A stretch of 63,819 nt of DNA, the filler included, from Octopus bimaculoides (Eukaryota), in assembly GCF_001194135.2 (NCBI RefSeq). It is 6 parts of 3 records of this genome, joined end to end, with 100 filler letters (N's around TTAATTAATTAA, not from the genome) between each part and the next. Parts side by side here need not be neighbours in the genome. Positions count along the whole stretch, not along the records: positions 1 to 18,970 come from NC_068989.1; 5 more parts are not named here. One strand, given 5' to 3'. Shown here piece after piece: positions 1-14,184 of the stretch. Numbering within the stretch: the first letter of the stretch is position 1; each line of letters begins with the position of its first letter. The translations under genes were made by a program, and so were the position numbers. Below the pieces are notes generated by a model. The model had not been told where the DNA came from, ran no database searches, and worked only from the letters and a program-made list of their open reading frames with translations.

Positions 1-819
1 ATATATATATATATATATATATACATATGCATACATGTATATATACATACACACACATACACACAAACACACACACATATATATGTGCATATATACACAT
101 ACATATTATAAAGATATTATATACACGTCAGGCCTACTTACATGTATTTCAGATATATTCATAGCACTGTTCACTGAACTACAGTACTTGAGAAATTGAT
201 GGTTGGCAGTACCAGAAGAAAAAATATTGGAAACAATTTTCATACTCCATTTGTATGTTTGTTGAATGTTTATTTTTTTATATATATTTTTATAGTAAAT
301 TTAGAGTAATACTTATAAATTTGAAATATATTATTAAAAAAAAATATTATATTTTTATCTCCAGAAATATATAATATATATTTAGATCAAGTCATATGCT
401 ATAAATTTCATATGATGAAACAAAATTTAGCCAAGGGATATAACTCAAATAGGCCAAAGCATGAAGCGAGGTGAATTAAGTTGGATAATATATATAGCAA
501 AGACTAATATCTTCCTCTTAGTTGGAGAAGTAACAAAAAAACAGTAGAATTCATTTGTCAATCATAAAGTAAAAAAGGAAATTTATTCATTTACATTTAC
601 ATCTGTTTTTCCATGTCAGCATGAGTTAGATTAATGCATGATTGAAACATTGTTTTGGTGCTGGAGGCCTTTCTTATCCTTAACCCTTATCTGTTTCTCA
701 AGTAGAAAATTGTTTATTTCAAGCTTCCTTGAAGGTGCTACAAAGCCATTTACCAGTTTCTTGAATGGAAAATTGATAAAAGCGTCATTGTTTGTAGTTT
801 GCAATATCTGAAGAATATG

Positions 820-1272
820 AGCTGAAGAGTCGGCAGAATTGTCGACATGCTCATCAGAATGCTTAGCAACATTCTGTCCATCTTTGCTTTCTGAGTTCAA
901 ATACTGCCAAGATCAACTTTGCCTTTTCTCTTTTCTGGTCCCTAGAATTAAATACCAGCTGAGCAGTTGCCTGTGGTTGATGTAATCGGCTTACACCCCC
1001 GCCACTGAAATTGCTGGCTTGGTGCCAAAATCTGAAACCAATATTTGGAGAATATAAAGTTGCAAGCTGGCAGAACCGTTAGTGCACAGGGCAAAATTCT
1101 TAGCAGTATTTTGTCTGTCTTTATGTTCTGAGTTCAAATTCTACCAAAGTTAACTTGACCTTTCATCCTTTAAGGGTCGATAAATTAGTATCAGTTGAGC
1201 CATGGGGATCTTGATGTAATCGACTCCCCCCACCCGTGAAATTGCTGGCCTTGTGTCAAAATTTAAAACTGA
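820..1272 (+). mobile_element. Two tandem family A SINEs (820-1040, 1064-1272)
   Basis: Each shows the head, GAGTTCAAAT and the GAAATTGCTGGC...GCCAAAAT tail. Confidence 0.75.
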
Positions 1273-1304
1273 TATTTAGAAATTATGTATACAATCACAC
1301 ACAT

Positions 1305-1474
1305 ATACAATGGGATTCCACACAGTTTCCATTTACCAAATTTACTTACAAGGCTTTGATTGTCCTGAGGATATATATAGTAGAAGACTTTTGCCCAAAG
1401 TGTCATACAGTAGGACTGAAACCAAAACCATGTGGTTGGGAAGGGAAATTTTGAAACACTGAGTCATACCTGCA
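1305..1474 (-). mobile_element. Family B SINE, 5' half
   Basis: TAGTAGAAGAC..TGCCCAA...GGACTGAAACC...CCATGTGGTTGGGAAG. Confidence 0.65.
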
Positions 1475-1535
1475 TCTAGTAAAAGAATATTTTCCATGTT
1501 TAAGGGAAAACTTGATCTCCGTTTGCAAGGCTGGA

Positions 1536-1764
1536 GCATGGTGACAATGACAGACATGTTTCAGTCATATTCAAACTCATCAGCAATGCATAGACAGCAT
1601 GTATCTGCTTATGTACGTTTTTATATGTAGATAAAAGGTTTAATAATGGGGCATGGTGACAGTGACAGACATGTTTCAGTCATATTCAAACTCATCAGCA
1701 GTACATAGACAGCATGTATCTGCTTATGTGCGTTTTTATATGTAGATAAAAGGCTTAATAATGG
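1536..1764. repeat. Tandem duplication, 2 x 115 bp
   Basis: GCATGGTGACA... occurs at 1536 and 1651 with few differences. Confidence 0.9.
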
Positions 1765-3071
1765 TTTCAGTCAAATAGTAATTTTGCTTAACAAAAACGA
1801 AATTGAGCTCAAGAAAACAACTTAAAAACCCCAATGGTATGGATAGTAAGAGACCAAGTAAATAGGGATGTACCGAACGCCATAAACAACACTGTCTGCT
1901 TGCTGATGGTTCTGTTGAAAAATTAAACCTTTTCAGTCCAGAATTTATTCTTTTTGACATAAAAGAAATATATATGTGTATGTGTGTGCATGTGTGTTTG
2001 TGTATGCATGTATGTATTCATGTATATGTATGTATAGCAATTATATCATGGAAAAGCCTTCCTAAACTATATAACTAAAATGACCATCAAATTTGCTCTA
2101 GATTTATGAAATAATTCAAACAGATCTGTTTGTTAATAAATGGCTAGAAGGGAACTTCTGCAATCTAATTGCATGTGTTTCAACACATTGACATCAATCA
2201 ACAGGAAGTTTATGTTGAAAAAGAGTTCATAACTCCAACTAAAAACATTTGTCTCCCCTTACACACACTTCCTGTTTTGACACCACACTTACTGCTTAAC
2301 ACAAACTTTTAACCCTTTTTTTAAACCTAGCACAACTCAATTCTCATGCATCCTTATTTTTCCAACCATTATATACATGAACTACCATTGAACTTCAAAA
2401 GCTCGAAGACAATATAATGTATTGGTATAGTTATTTTTTTATACATTATTTTTTTTATATATTATTTTCTTCATTTNNNNNNNNNNNNNNNNNNNNNNNN
2501 NNNNNNNNNNNNNNNNNNNNNNNNNNNNNNNNNNNNNNNNNNNNNNNNNNNNNNNNNNNNNNNNNNNNNNNNNNNNNNNNNNNNNNNNNNNNNNNNNNNN
2601 NNNNNNNNNNNNNNNNNNNNNNNNNNNNNNNNNNNNNNNNNNNNNNNNNNNNNNNNNNNNNNNNNNNNNNNNNNNNNNNNNNNNNNNNNNNNNNNNNNNN
2701 NNNNNNNNNNNNNNNNNNNNNNNNNNNNNNNNNNNNNNNNNNNNNNNNNNNNNNNNNNNNNNNNNNNNNNNNNNNNNNNNNNNNNNNNNNNNNNNNNNNN
2801 NNNNNNNNNNNNNNNNNNNNNNNNNNNNNNNNNNNNNNNNNNNNNNNNNNNNNNNNNNNNNNNNNNNNNNNNNNNNNNNNNNNNNNNNNNNNNNNNNNNN
2901 NNNNNNNNNNNNNNNNNNNNNNNNNNNNNNNNNNNNNNNNNNNNNNNNNNNNNNNNNNNNNNNNNNNNNNNNNNNNNNNNNNNNNNNNNNNNNNNNNNNN
3001 NNNNNNNNNNNNNNNNNNNNNNNNCACGTCCTCACTTTGTTGTTTTTTTGTTTTTTTGTTATTGTTTTTTT

Positions 3072-3106
<35 letters not shown>

Positions 3107-3384
3107 AGAGAGAGCAATAGAGAATTCACATTCTTAATGGATAATATATAATATTCATAATTTACTAAATATGTGTAATTCTTCATTTTACTTCTTTTTT
3201 TTTTTTTGTTTTTTGCATTTCTTTTAATATACTATGGAATATTTTACGAAATTTTTTGATAGGAACTTTGGATTTACTAATCAAAAAGGAATACAGATAT
3301 AATCATATGGTTTACATGGATTCTAATATTTCTCAATGGTTGATCTAGTTAGCCAAGTTTAGGTTATCACAGAGGGTTTAAACA

Positions 3385-3784
3385 GCATCTGTCTGTGTGG
3401 TAAGTAGCTTGCTTACCAACGACATGGTTCCGGGTTCAGTCCGATTGCATGACACCTTGAGCAAGTCTCTTCTACTATAGCTTCAGGCTGACTAAAGCCT
3501 TGTGAGTAGATTCGATAGATGGAAGCTGAAAGAAGTCTGTCACATATATATATATATATATGTGTGTGCATGTATGTATATGTTTGTGTGTCTGTTTGTT
3601 TCCCTCCAACATCGCTTAACAGCCACTGATGCAGCATTTACATCCCTGTAACCTAGCAGTTCAACAAATGTGACTGATAGAATAGGTGCTGGGCTTACAA
3701 AGATTCACGTCCTGCATTCGATTTGCTCGACTAAAGGCGGTGCTCCAGCATGGCCGCAGTCAAATTACTGAAACAAATAAAAGA
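3385..3784 (+). mobile_element. tRNA-derived SINE family B (~400 bp, internal TA/TG microsatellite)
   Basis: Head CTGTGTGGTAAG...GGTTCAGTCC, CORE-like ACCTTGAGCAAGT and 3' end GGCGGTGCTCCAGCATGGCCGCAGTC. Homologous to 20961-21385. Confidence 0.8.
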
Positions 3785-3860
3785 ATACACACATATATAT
3801 ATAACTATATATATACATATATAGTAGATATAGTAGATATGTAGATATATATATACATAC

Positions 3861-3896
<36 letters not shown>

Positions 3897-4344
3897 GCGT
3901 ATACACATCCATACATTCATACATACATATATACATACGTACATGCATGTACCTATTTTTCTCCTGTTTTACCTAACTCATTTACTTATAGCCATTTATT
4001 TATATGTATAATTTTGCATTTGCTGTTGTTCGTTTTTTTTCCCTTCTTCTTCATCACATTCCTTCTAATTTCTTCTTTTCTTCCTTCTTTTTTTTTTTCT
4101 ACACCAAGATAGGGATGGCTTCCAAAATAGCATTGCAAAACTAAAAAAAAAATATTACATATTAAAGAATTTCTAAAAAGTTCATTTCTTCGAAAGGAAA
4201 TATGGCATAGGCTTACAAGTGAAGCAGCTAAATTTGAAGGCAAATGTTACAACATGGTTAATTTTGTACATCATAGCCTGGGGGAAGACTTATATCAGTG
4301 CTGCACCTATACTGCTATGATAATGCAGATAATTTTAGTTGGGT

Positions 4345-4345
4345 G

Positions 4346-4381
<36 letters not shown>

Positions 4382-4417
4382 CAGCTGTGAGCACGTGAAT
4401 AAAAATGTCTGTGAATG

Positions 4418-4460
<43 letters not shown>

Positions 4461-4470
4461 NNNNNNNNNN

Positions 4471-4511
<41 letters not shown>

Positions 4512-4674
4512 CTGTGCGTGGTTTGTGTGCATGAGTATATGCCTACATATATGTATGTATATATGTATGCATATATTTATATTTATCTATCTATCTATAT
4601 ATATATATATTATATATATTATATATATATAAGTAGGTAGATAGATATACATATACATACAGATATATGTGTGC

Positions 4675-4714
<40 letters not shown>

Positions 4715-4791
4715 TTATTTATATATATACACATACACACATGCATATAAATATACATATACATATATATAAATAGATAGACAGATATATG

Positions 4792-4876
<85 letters not shown>

Positions 4877-4927
4877 GTATATATATATATATGTATATAT
4901 ATATGCTTATATATATACATATGTATA

Positions 4928-4959
<32 letters not shown>

Positions 4960-5075
4960 CATACACATATATATATATATATACACACACACACATATAT
5001 ATATTTGTATACACACACACACGCACGCACATGCATATATATACATATATATACATATATAGAAACACACACACT
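4345..5075. repeat. (TA)n/(TG)n microsatellite field
   Basis: Direct reading; source of the YIYI ORFs. Confidence 0.95.
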
Positions 5076-5508
5076 CATGAAAATATTTTTACTTAAAATC
5101 TAGATATAAGATATTTTAAGATATTTTCAAGTATCAACATTCTGAATAATTTTTTGTCTCACCCTTTGAAATTCTTCAAAAATCCTTTTACTCTCAAAGT
5201 ATTTTCTTTCCATAGAAGCATTTTATTTTATTCCATTTTATTTTATTATTTCTCTTTTTTCACCATTAATGTATAATACTCATTTCATACGTTGTCCTTA
5301 AAATATCTTTTAATGACTAATTCTGGAACTTGACTTCTCTTTGTGAAGAATTTTTACAGCTCTTCTGGTTGTAGCTAAAACAGTCATTCCATTTCGGTTT
5401 CTTTTTTTACATTCTTGTATTCTTTGACACATTTTAGCTCTGTCTTTGATAAAGGTTCCAAGTGTGTAGTTGACTTGACACCCATACATGGTTACCCAGT
5501 ACATATAC

Positions 5509-5548
<40 letters not shown>

Positions 5549-5550
<2 letters not shown>

Positions 5551-5990
5551 TCATCATCATCATCGTCGTCGTCGTTTAACGTCCGCTTTCCATGCTAGCA
5601 TGGGTTGGACGATTTGACTGAGGACTGGCGAATCAGATGGCTGCACAAGGCTGCAATCTGATCTGGCAGAGTTTCTACAGCTGGATGCCCTTCCTAACGC
5701 CAACCACTCCAAGCGTGGTTGGTACTATATATATATGTATGTATATGTCATATGACTTTAATGTTCATTTGTATCATTGCGGCCGTCATCATCATCATTA
5801 TGGTCTTCCTCCTCATAATCATCATCCTTTAAAATCCGTTTCCCATATTGGCATTAGGTTGGATGGTTTGACAGACTCTGGCTATCCACAGGGTCATGTT
5901 GAACTCCAGGGTCAGCTTTGGCATGTAATCTATGGTTAGATGCCCTTCCTAATGCCAATCATCTTACAGTGAGAACTGGGTGCTGTTTTG
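5549..5990 (-). mobile_element. Two family E fragments (5549-5722, 5815-5990)
   Basis: CATCATCGTCGTTTAACGTCCGCTTTCCATGCTAGCATGGG...GATGCCCTTCCTAA. Confidence 0.7.
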
Positions 5991-7129
5991 TTTTTTGTTT
6001 TTGTACCACCGGTATTAGTGAGGTCACTGAGTAAGTTGTAAGACAGAAAAGGACAAAAGAAACAGCCCCAGTGACCAAGCAGAGAGGATGTGTATTAGGG
6101 AAGGGTAGATGGCTTCATATCAGGTGCTGAGGGGCTAAAATGTGATATATAGAGAAACACATGTGGGGAACAGAATTTTCTTTTGCAGAGCTAATTTGGT
6201 TTAAGTCTAAGATATTTTTAAACATAAATACTTGGGGATAGATGGCATCTTTTATTTGGTACCCTAACAGTTCTCTCAAAATATATCGTTGCTATTATGT
6301 GAAAGTGACGGGAGTCCAAAACATTGCTTTTTCAGAAAATAGAAAAATAGTTTTACCATTCCATTTCTTTTTACATTAGTAACAGTTTCAGCTCAACAAT
6401 AATACTTTGTTGGGTGCACAAAATCGTGACTCCATGCATGTATAATGTTTTCAGTCAAAAATATTTTTGCAAAACTGTCATATGTGGGACTTGTTACACT
6501 TTAGAGAAATGCTAAACCGTTGTACTACACGTTGACAATTTTCTTATCTTGGCATCTGAAGCAGCTGAAGATACAATAGTTTGACCAAAAGAACTGGCTA
6601 TTGCAAGCAAAATTAAATATTGAAAAAATGCATTTGGCCAAATTTGGACATACAACAGTTTAACACAATAGCAACGATACGTGTGTGCATACATACAGAG
6701 TGTGATAACAAAAGAGATCAAAATGGTTGGCGATGGAGAGTGGAGGTAATTTTTTAAATGGCAAAATCTGTCTCGTATAATGATGAGTGGGTGCTGTGTT
6801 GTGGAAAGAGTGTGCATTTGTGTCTTAGAAAGCGATGAATGAATTAATAGATGGGCTGCTGATAAAGTGTGCATGTAAACATGCAGTTGTGCATAAGTAA
6901 ATAGATTATTTGGCAAGCATAGAGAGAGAGAGAGAGAAAAAGAGAATAACCATTGCACATCGCTATGTAAAGTTCTGTGTTTGTATGCACAGAGAGATAA
7001 GAAGAGGCAGGATGTATTCTATTATGTATGTGTACACATTTGATATTTTAATATATAGGACCATGATTTCATTTCATAGTGTACGTATGTATGTGTGTAC
7101 ATATATATATGTGTGTATATATATGTGTG

Positions 7130-7203
<74 letters not shown>

Positions 7204-8129
7204 AAATTATAAAATATGTATGTATGTATATTGTGAGTGTTTATTTAGCTTAGGACATATTCATGTGCATAGGCTTTGAGAGCGATAGTGTAATGTTCAT
7301 ATATACGTGAACATTTGAATGCTTAAAGTCAGGCATGTGTGGTATACACGTAAGAATGGTTACATGATTGATTATGCTAATGACATACATGTGTAAGTAT
7401 GTATATATATATATGTATATACATACGTACATACATATATATATATATACATATATGTATATGTATATATCACTCTTTGTATGTCTTTCTACATATATTT
7501 GTATGTGTATGTATATATATGTATATCATCATCATCATCGTCATTGTTTAACGTCCGCTTTCAATGCTGATATGATATATAAATACATATATATATATAT
7601 ATATAAAGGGTTGGATGAATCACTGGATAGCTGGATGGATCGATGGATGAATGTATATGCTTGCATTATACATTTACATATACTAGTATATATATATACA
7701 TGTGAGCACAAAAATGGATTTAAAATCAATGATAATTGTATGGTTGTGTACAGATATTCATGTACGTATACACACATACATACATGTATTGATGTATGTA
7801 TGTGTATATGCATGTTTGTAAATATGTATATATATGTGTGTATTTGTGTGCAAAGTTATGTGTCATCATGTGTGGTTATTTTCATGCGTACACTTCCATA
7901 AATATTCATAGTTTAGGCATCACTAGGTTGATAAATAGAGAGTGATAGTATGATATTCATATATACATAATATATCAAGACAAGGCATGTGGATCACTGG
8001 TCACAGGTCTGATCATCGAGTTAGCCATTGTTGTATCTCCAGGATTGCTTGTAGTTAGAGAGTTAGGTTCATATAAAACCCAACCATGTATAGCTGTACA
8101 TCAAAAGTAGTGCGTATGTGTGTGTGGAT

Positions 8130-8540
8130 CTCATGTCAATGGTATGTCAAAGGTACCATAGAAGCTCGATTGATGCCAGTACCACCTGAATGGCTTCCGT
8201 GCCGGTGGAAAATAAAAAGCACCATTCAAGTGTGGTTGTTGCCAGTGCCACCTGACTGGCACCCATGCCAGTGGCACACAAAAAGCACCATTTGAGCGTG
8301 GTCATTGCCAATGTCACCTGACCAGTCCACCCCCCACCCCATCCCCCGTGCCGATGGCACGTAAAAAGCACCCACTACACTCTCGGAGTGGTTAGTGTTA
8401 GGAAGGGCATTCAGTTGTAGAAACCTTGCCAGATCAGATTGGAGCCTGGTGCAGCCTCCTGGCTTGCCAGTCCTCATTCAAACTGTCCAACCCATGCCAG
8501 CATGGAAAGCGGACGTTAAACGATGATGATGATGATGATG
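8130..8540 (+). mobile_element. Repeat family E ending in (GAT)n, with internal ~60-bp tandem subrepeats (LINE-tail/SINE-like)
   Basis: The 3' end GCATGGAAAGCGGACGTTAAACGATGATGAT is the reverse complement of 5549-5600. Fragments occur at 7525-7570, 8680-8720 and 12525-12570. Confidence 0.7.
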
Positions 8541-8889
8541 TTTTCTGTCTTGAACCCTAGGACTCACCAGACCAGTTACTTGGTTTCTATAGCTTATAAT
8601 TGACGGCATTGACATCGTCATCATCATCATTACCATCTTCATTATCATCGTTCTTGTTGTCATCGTCGTCATCGTCATCATCATTTTAACATCCACTTTT
8701 CTTTGCTTGCATGGGTCAGACAGAGTTTATTGAGAAAGATCTGTCTTTGACCCATGGAAGGTAATGTTTCCCCATGGTCAGACATGTTATGCAGAATATT
8801 AGAAAAGATTGACATTTTGTTACAACAATCACAGAATGTTGAGACAAGGAGACATAAACATAGGCACACACATACATACACACACACAG

Positions 8890-8934
<45 letters not shown>

Positions 8935-9718
8935 CACACAAATATATACACATTTATATGACAATGACAGGCTTCTATCATTTTCTGTCAAACAAATTCA
9001 TTCACAAGATTCGAAGCTATATTAGAAAATGTTCTTGCGACAGTCTTATTCCTAAAAAAAGATATTTGCTTCATTAGAAAATTGTTGAAAGTTTCTGATG
9101 ATATCAAGATATTGTATGACTCGTTGCCATTGTTGAATTAATCTTTATGTTAAAGAAAAGACTTCCATTAATTTTGTAAGCAGTCAAAGAAGAGGCAGAT
9201 GTTGTTCAACCCCCTTACTTTAGCTACATAATTGTATGTACAATAATTTCCTTGGTGACAGTTTAATCACACTCAGAATAAAATAACATAATTTCAGAGA
9301 GTAACAATCAATAAATCTCTGAACTTTTAACTCTCACATCAATCAAAAGGTGAAGATATTAACCAGCATGATAGAAATGGTAAGGAAGACCTTTGTTGCT
9401 TGTTCTTAAAATATGGCTGTCAGTTTATAGAAGTCACTAGACAGAATCGTTTAATCCTTTTAAAACCAGCCTATCTGAGACCAAGACCACCTCTATTAAA
9501 GTGCTCTGATAGAAAATTCAAATCTTTGACTGAAACTTGTTATTACAGGAAAGATGGTATTAGATTTCAATAGGCAAACATTTGTCTGTGTTGTCTTAAG
9601 TTAAAACTTATTTCACTAAAGTTAGCACCAGCCTTGATTATTTTTTGGAAGTTAAAACATAAATGTAGGATATAATAAATCTCTGAACGAGGTATAAACA
9701 GTAGCAGCACGACAACGG

Positions 9719-10095
9719 GAAGTATATTTGCCACTTAAATGCGGCTAACCCCTAAAGGTGAATGCTACTGTAGCTTGTAGCCCCAGGAGGACACTTCCTC
9801 CAGCTGGCTATTGACACACTTTCTGTGTCCTGTCGGTATTTGCAAAGGGAAGTCATCCTTCCCATCGTCGATCTGACGTGATACGCACGGACCCGCGAAG
9901 GGTAATTACCTAGAAACCCGGGTCCGTGCGTATCATGTCAGATCGACAATGGGAAGGATGACTTCCCTTTGCAAATACCGACAGGACACAGAAAGTGTGT
10001 CAATAGCCAGCTGGAGGAGATGTTCTCCTGGGGCTACAAGCTACAGTAGCATTCGCCCTTAGGGGTTAGCCGCATTTAAGTGACAAATATACTTC
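9719..10095. repeat. Near-perfect 377-bp palindrome (foldback/MITE-like)
   Basis: Arms 9719-9895 and 9919-10095 are reverse complements with only scattered mismatches, around a 23-nt loop. Confidence 0.9.
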
Positions 10096-12344
10096 ACATA
10101 AATGTAGTATATTCTGTTGTAAATTCTTGTTAGAAATATGAACACAAATGGGTATAAAACACTGCAGTTTTCTCTTCTGCGGACTTCTTCCGCTAACCTA
10201 GCACCACCCCTGCCAAAGATTGACATGTTCCTTGCTTTTAAAGCTGCAGTCAAAGTAACTGAGATTTGTCTCTGCAGAATCATTTTGAGATATAAAATTT
10301 GGCTCTACTCTCTATATCATTATGTGAATAACTTGCCATGTTTTATAGAATAGTGCTACTTAAAATGTACTTTGGTATCAATAACTATAACGGGATGCTA
10401 TGTTTAGTGACTATAACACAGAAGAGTGTGTAACTGGTTACAATACAAACCGATGTATTTAAACAGCATTTAGCAATATATATTTTTTAACTCTTTCCTT
10501 TTTCCCTATCTCTCTCCTTCTTTCTCTCTCTCACTCTCTCCTGTCTTTCTCTCTTTCTATTTTCTCCCCCTCCATCCTTGGCTGTTTTCTCTGCAGTTCA
10601 CTAACATAGCAGATATGGCTTATGATTTCGAGCTAAAGCAACAATATAACAACATTTATGTATAAATTACATCACAGTGTTAGGAAAATTGGAGAACAGT
10701 GAGTGGTAACAGAAATAACTGACACCAGTTTCTTGCACGTCGCAATAGTAACTGAATACCAGTGGCAGCCATCTGGAACAACTACTCTCCTTATTTGTTA
10801 TAATTAGAAGAATATTTTTCACTGCTTTGCTGCACATTGGCGTTCTATTCAACACCCGATAATGCTTATGGCTACTCAAAGCCCTTGATCAACTGACTTG
10901 AAACATTTCCCTTTGTTATTCATTGTATCGTTTAATGTCAGAAAAGCCAACACATAGAGATTTATCACACAAAAGTCTAGTAAAACTTGTGCTTAGTTTG
11001 TGGTGCTATAAAAGAGCAATTCTACTTGCATTGGTGGAGAAGGAGGAGAAGAGAACGAAAGTTTGGCAATTGTTGATTTGATAAAAATTCTATTTTTGAT
11101 TATTTCCTCTATATTTATTTTGTTTGATTTCGTCAGCCCCCTTTTATTCCAGGCAATTCTGCATTTTTTACGGGAGGCTTTTGAAATAGTTAAAATGATT
11201 AAGTCTCGGCAACAGAAATAAATCTTTTGTTTGGCACCGAAATCTGTACAAAATGTAAATCTACCTTTACTGTGAGATCTAAATATCTTTTTTTTTCTTT
11301 TTAGAGAACAATCTAATGACATGACTATATTTTTCCAAGTACATGTTTTGTACTCTTTGGTCCTTTTAATCTAACATTTCATTTCATATCAACTTTTTTT
11401 TTTTTTTCCTTGTTTTTTTTTCCTTTTTCCTTTTCATTTTTCTCTTCAAGAATTTTTGATATTTTGTAGTTTTGAAGATTTTTGAAATTTTGCTTCAGTA
11501 ACTTCTTTAATACAAAAGGGTTAGAAATGACATTCCTGAACCATAAATTAGACATCGTGTACTCTGATTGTTAAAAACAAAGTTCATCTCAGCATCACTC
11601 TCTCAACACATGACTGGCTTATTCAGTAAAATTTTGGTAATTTGACAGGAAGTTAATCAGCTACCATTATTCATTAGTTCACTGCTAATTGCCTGTAACA
11701 ACTCTTTCAAATATGGCAAATATAATTCTCTCTCTCTCTTCTTTCTTTCTTTGTTTCTCTCTTGTTCGTTCTCTCTCTTCCTCTTTGTCTCTCTCTTTCT
11801 TTCTCTCTCAGTTCTTTCTCTCGCTTTTCCAATCAATTTCTTTCTCCTCCTCCTCCTCTCTCTCTCTCTCTACCTACCTCATTTAAACATTTCATATGTG
11901 TCTACAATGAAAGAGGACACACCAGTCACTTTTCTTCTTCTACTACATCATAAATCTGTCTTGTCTAACATGTACATCTATAGATATGACACTGTTAATG
12001 CAAAACTTGTCTAAGTGAAGTTTTCATTGATAAAAAAGATGACACACATATATTCATTTACTAATTAAGAATAGCTCTCAGTATTATTGATACTACAGTA
12101 GTCTTCCAAAGATATGTTGCAATCCTATAATAAGTATTAATTAATTAATTAATGAATTAATTAATTAATTATTTCAAAGCATGATTGGAAATGATAGAAC
12201 TGTTATAACAGGTTTCCAGTAGACAAATCACTGGTTCGTTGTATTTCTAACAGTGAGTGTGATAAGAGAGTGTCTGTAATTCACTGCAGAACAAACATCA
12301 CAAGGAACTTCATTAAAAATGAACACCAGTTTTTTTCAGTTTTT

Positions 12345-12520
12345 TTTACAGGTGTTTGTTATATTTTTTTCCAGAGTTCAAATTCTGCCATGGTTGATTT
12401 GTGCTTTTCATCCTTTTGGGTTTCATAAAATAAGTACCAGTTGAATACTGGAGTTCGATGTAATTGATTAGCTCCCCCCCCCCTGAAATTGCTGGCCTTG
12501 TGCCAAAATTTGAAATCAAA
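12345..12520 (+). mobile_element. Family A SINE, 3' part
   Basis: GAGTTCAAATTCTGCC...TTTCATCCTTTTGGG...GAAATTGCTGGCCTTGTGCCAAAATTTGAAA. Confidence 0.75.
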
Positions 12521-12589
12521 ATATATCGTCATCATTTTATGTCCACATTCCATGCTGGTATGGGTTGGACGTTAGTAGAAGATAAAATG

Positions 12590-12900
12590 CACACACTCAC
12601 ATACACACATACACATACACAGACATACATATGCAGATACACACATATATGCACACACACATACATGTACACACAGACACACACACACATACACACACAA
12701 TACACACACATGCACACACATACACACACATACAAACACCATACACACACATGTACACACAGACACACACACTATACACACACTATACACACACAGATAC
12801 ACACACATACACACATGCATACACACACAGACACACACACATACACACATGCATACACATACATGCATACACATACACGCACACATACATACATCCATAT

Positions 12901-12937
<37 letters not shown>

Positions 12938-12945
12938 CACACAAT
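12590..12945. repeat. Imperfect (CA)n/(TACA)n tract
   Basis: Direct reading; source of the H/T and C/V ORFs. Confidence 0.95.
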
Positions 12946-13147
12946 CCTATATACATGATGGATTCCCCTCAGTTTTAATTAAGCAAATTCTACTAATGTG
13001 GCATCGGTCAGTCTTAGACTATGGTATGGACACTTACCCACTAAGCTTCTGTCCAGGGCCTTTATGGGCCTTAATCTCGCCCTGCACACTGGTATTCTGT
13101 TTCCACTTCCTGCATCTTCTCTTGCTACTCCAATAACTACTCAGCTG

Positions 13148-13271
13148 ACCGCCGAGGTCGACTTTGCCTCTCATCCTTTCAGGGTCGATAAATTAAGTAC
13201 CAGTTGCATACTGGGGTCGATTTAATCGACTGCCCCCCCCCCTCTCCCCCCAAATTTTGTACTTTGTGCCT
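13148..13271 (+). mobile_element. Family A SINE, 3' part, ending at a gap
   Basis: CCGCCGAGGTCGACTTTGCC...GGTCGATAAATTAAGTACCAG. Confidence 0.75.
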
Positions 13272-14184
13272 NNNNNNNNNNNNNNNNNNNNNNNNNNNNN
13301 NNNNNNNNNNNNNNNNNNNNNNNNNNNNNNNNNNNNNNNNNNNNNNNNNNNNNNNNNNNNNNNNNNNNNNNNNNNNNNNNNNNNNNNNNNNNNNNNNNNN
13401 NNNNNNNNNNNNNNNNNNNNNNNNNNNNNNNNNNNNNNNNNNNNNNNNNNNNNNNNNNNNNNNNNNNNNNNNNNNNNNNNNNNNNNNNNNNNNNNNNNNN
13501 NNNNNNNNNNNNNNNNNNNNNNNNNNNNNNNNNNNNNNNNNNNNNNNNNNNNNNNNNNNNNNNNNNNNNNNNNNNNNNNNNNNNNNNNNNNNNNNNNNNN
13601 NNNNNNNNNNNNNNNNNNNNNNNNNNNNNNNNNNNNNNNNNNNNNNNNNNNNNNNNNNNNNNNNNNNNNNNNNNNNNNNNNNNNNNNNNNNNNNNNNNNN
13701 NNNNNNNNNNNNNNNNNNNNNNNNNNNNNNNNNNNNNNNNNNNNNNNNNNNNNNNNNNNNNNNNNNNNNNNNNNNNNNNNNNNNNNNNNNNNNNNNNNNN
13801 NNNNNNNNNNNNNNNNNNNNNNNNNNNNNNNNNNNNNNNNNNNNNNNNNNNNNNNNNNNNNNNNNNNNNNNNNNNNNNNNNNNNNNNNNNNNNNNNNNNN
13901 NNNNNNNNNNNNNNNNNNNNNNNNNNNNNNNNNNNNNNNNNNNNNNNNNNNNNNNNNNNNNNNNNNNNNNNNNNNNNNNNNNNNNNNNNNNNNNNNNNNN
14001 NNNNNNNNNNNNNNNNNNNNNNNNNNNNNNNNNNNNNNNNNNNNNNNNNNNNNNNNNNNNNNNNNNNNNNNNNNNNNNNNNNNNNNNNNNNNNNNNNNNN
14101 NNNNNNNNNNNNNNNNNNNNNNNNNNNNNNNNNNNNNNNNNNNNNNNNNNNNNNNNNNNNNNNNNNNNNNNNNNNNNNNNNNNN

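Noticed and set aside
631-900. 89-aa minus-strand ORF
   Set aside because: Its first part is the antisense of a family A SINE, and the remainder has no recognisable features.
4711-5103. ORFs made of YI, HT, CV, LS, poly-N/L/I/D or X runs throughout the track
   Set aside because: Translations of microsatellites or N-gaps.
10993-11322. 109-aa minus ORF and a hydrophobic plus-strand frame in the same interval
   Set aside because: No motif recognised; AT-rich DNA readily gives I/L/F/K-rich frames.
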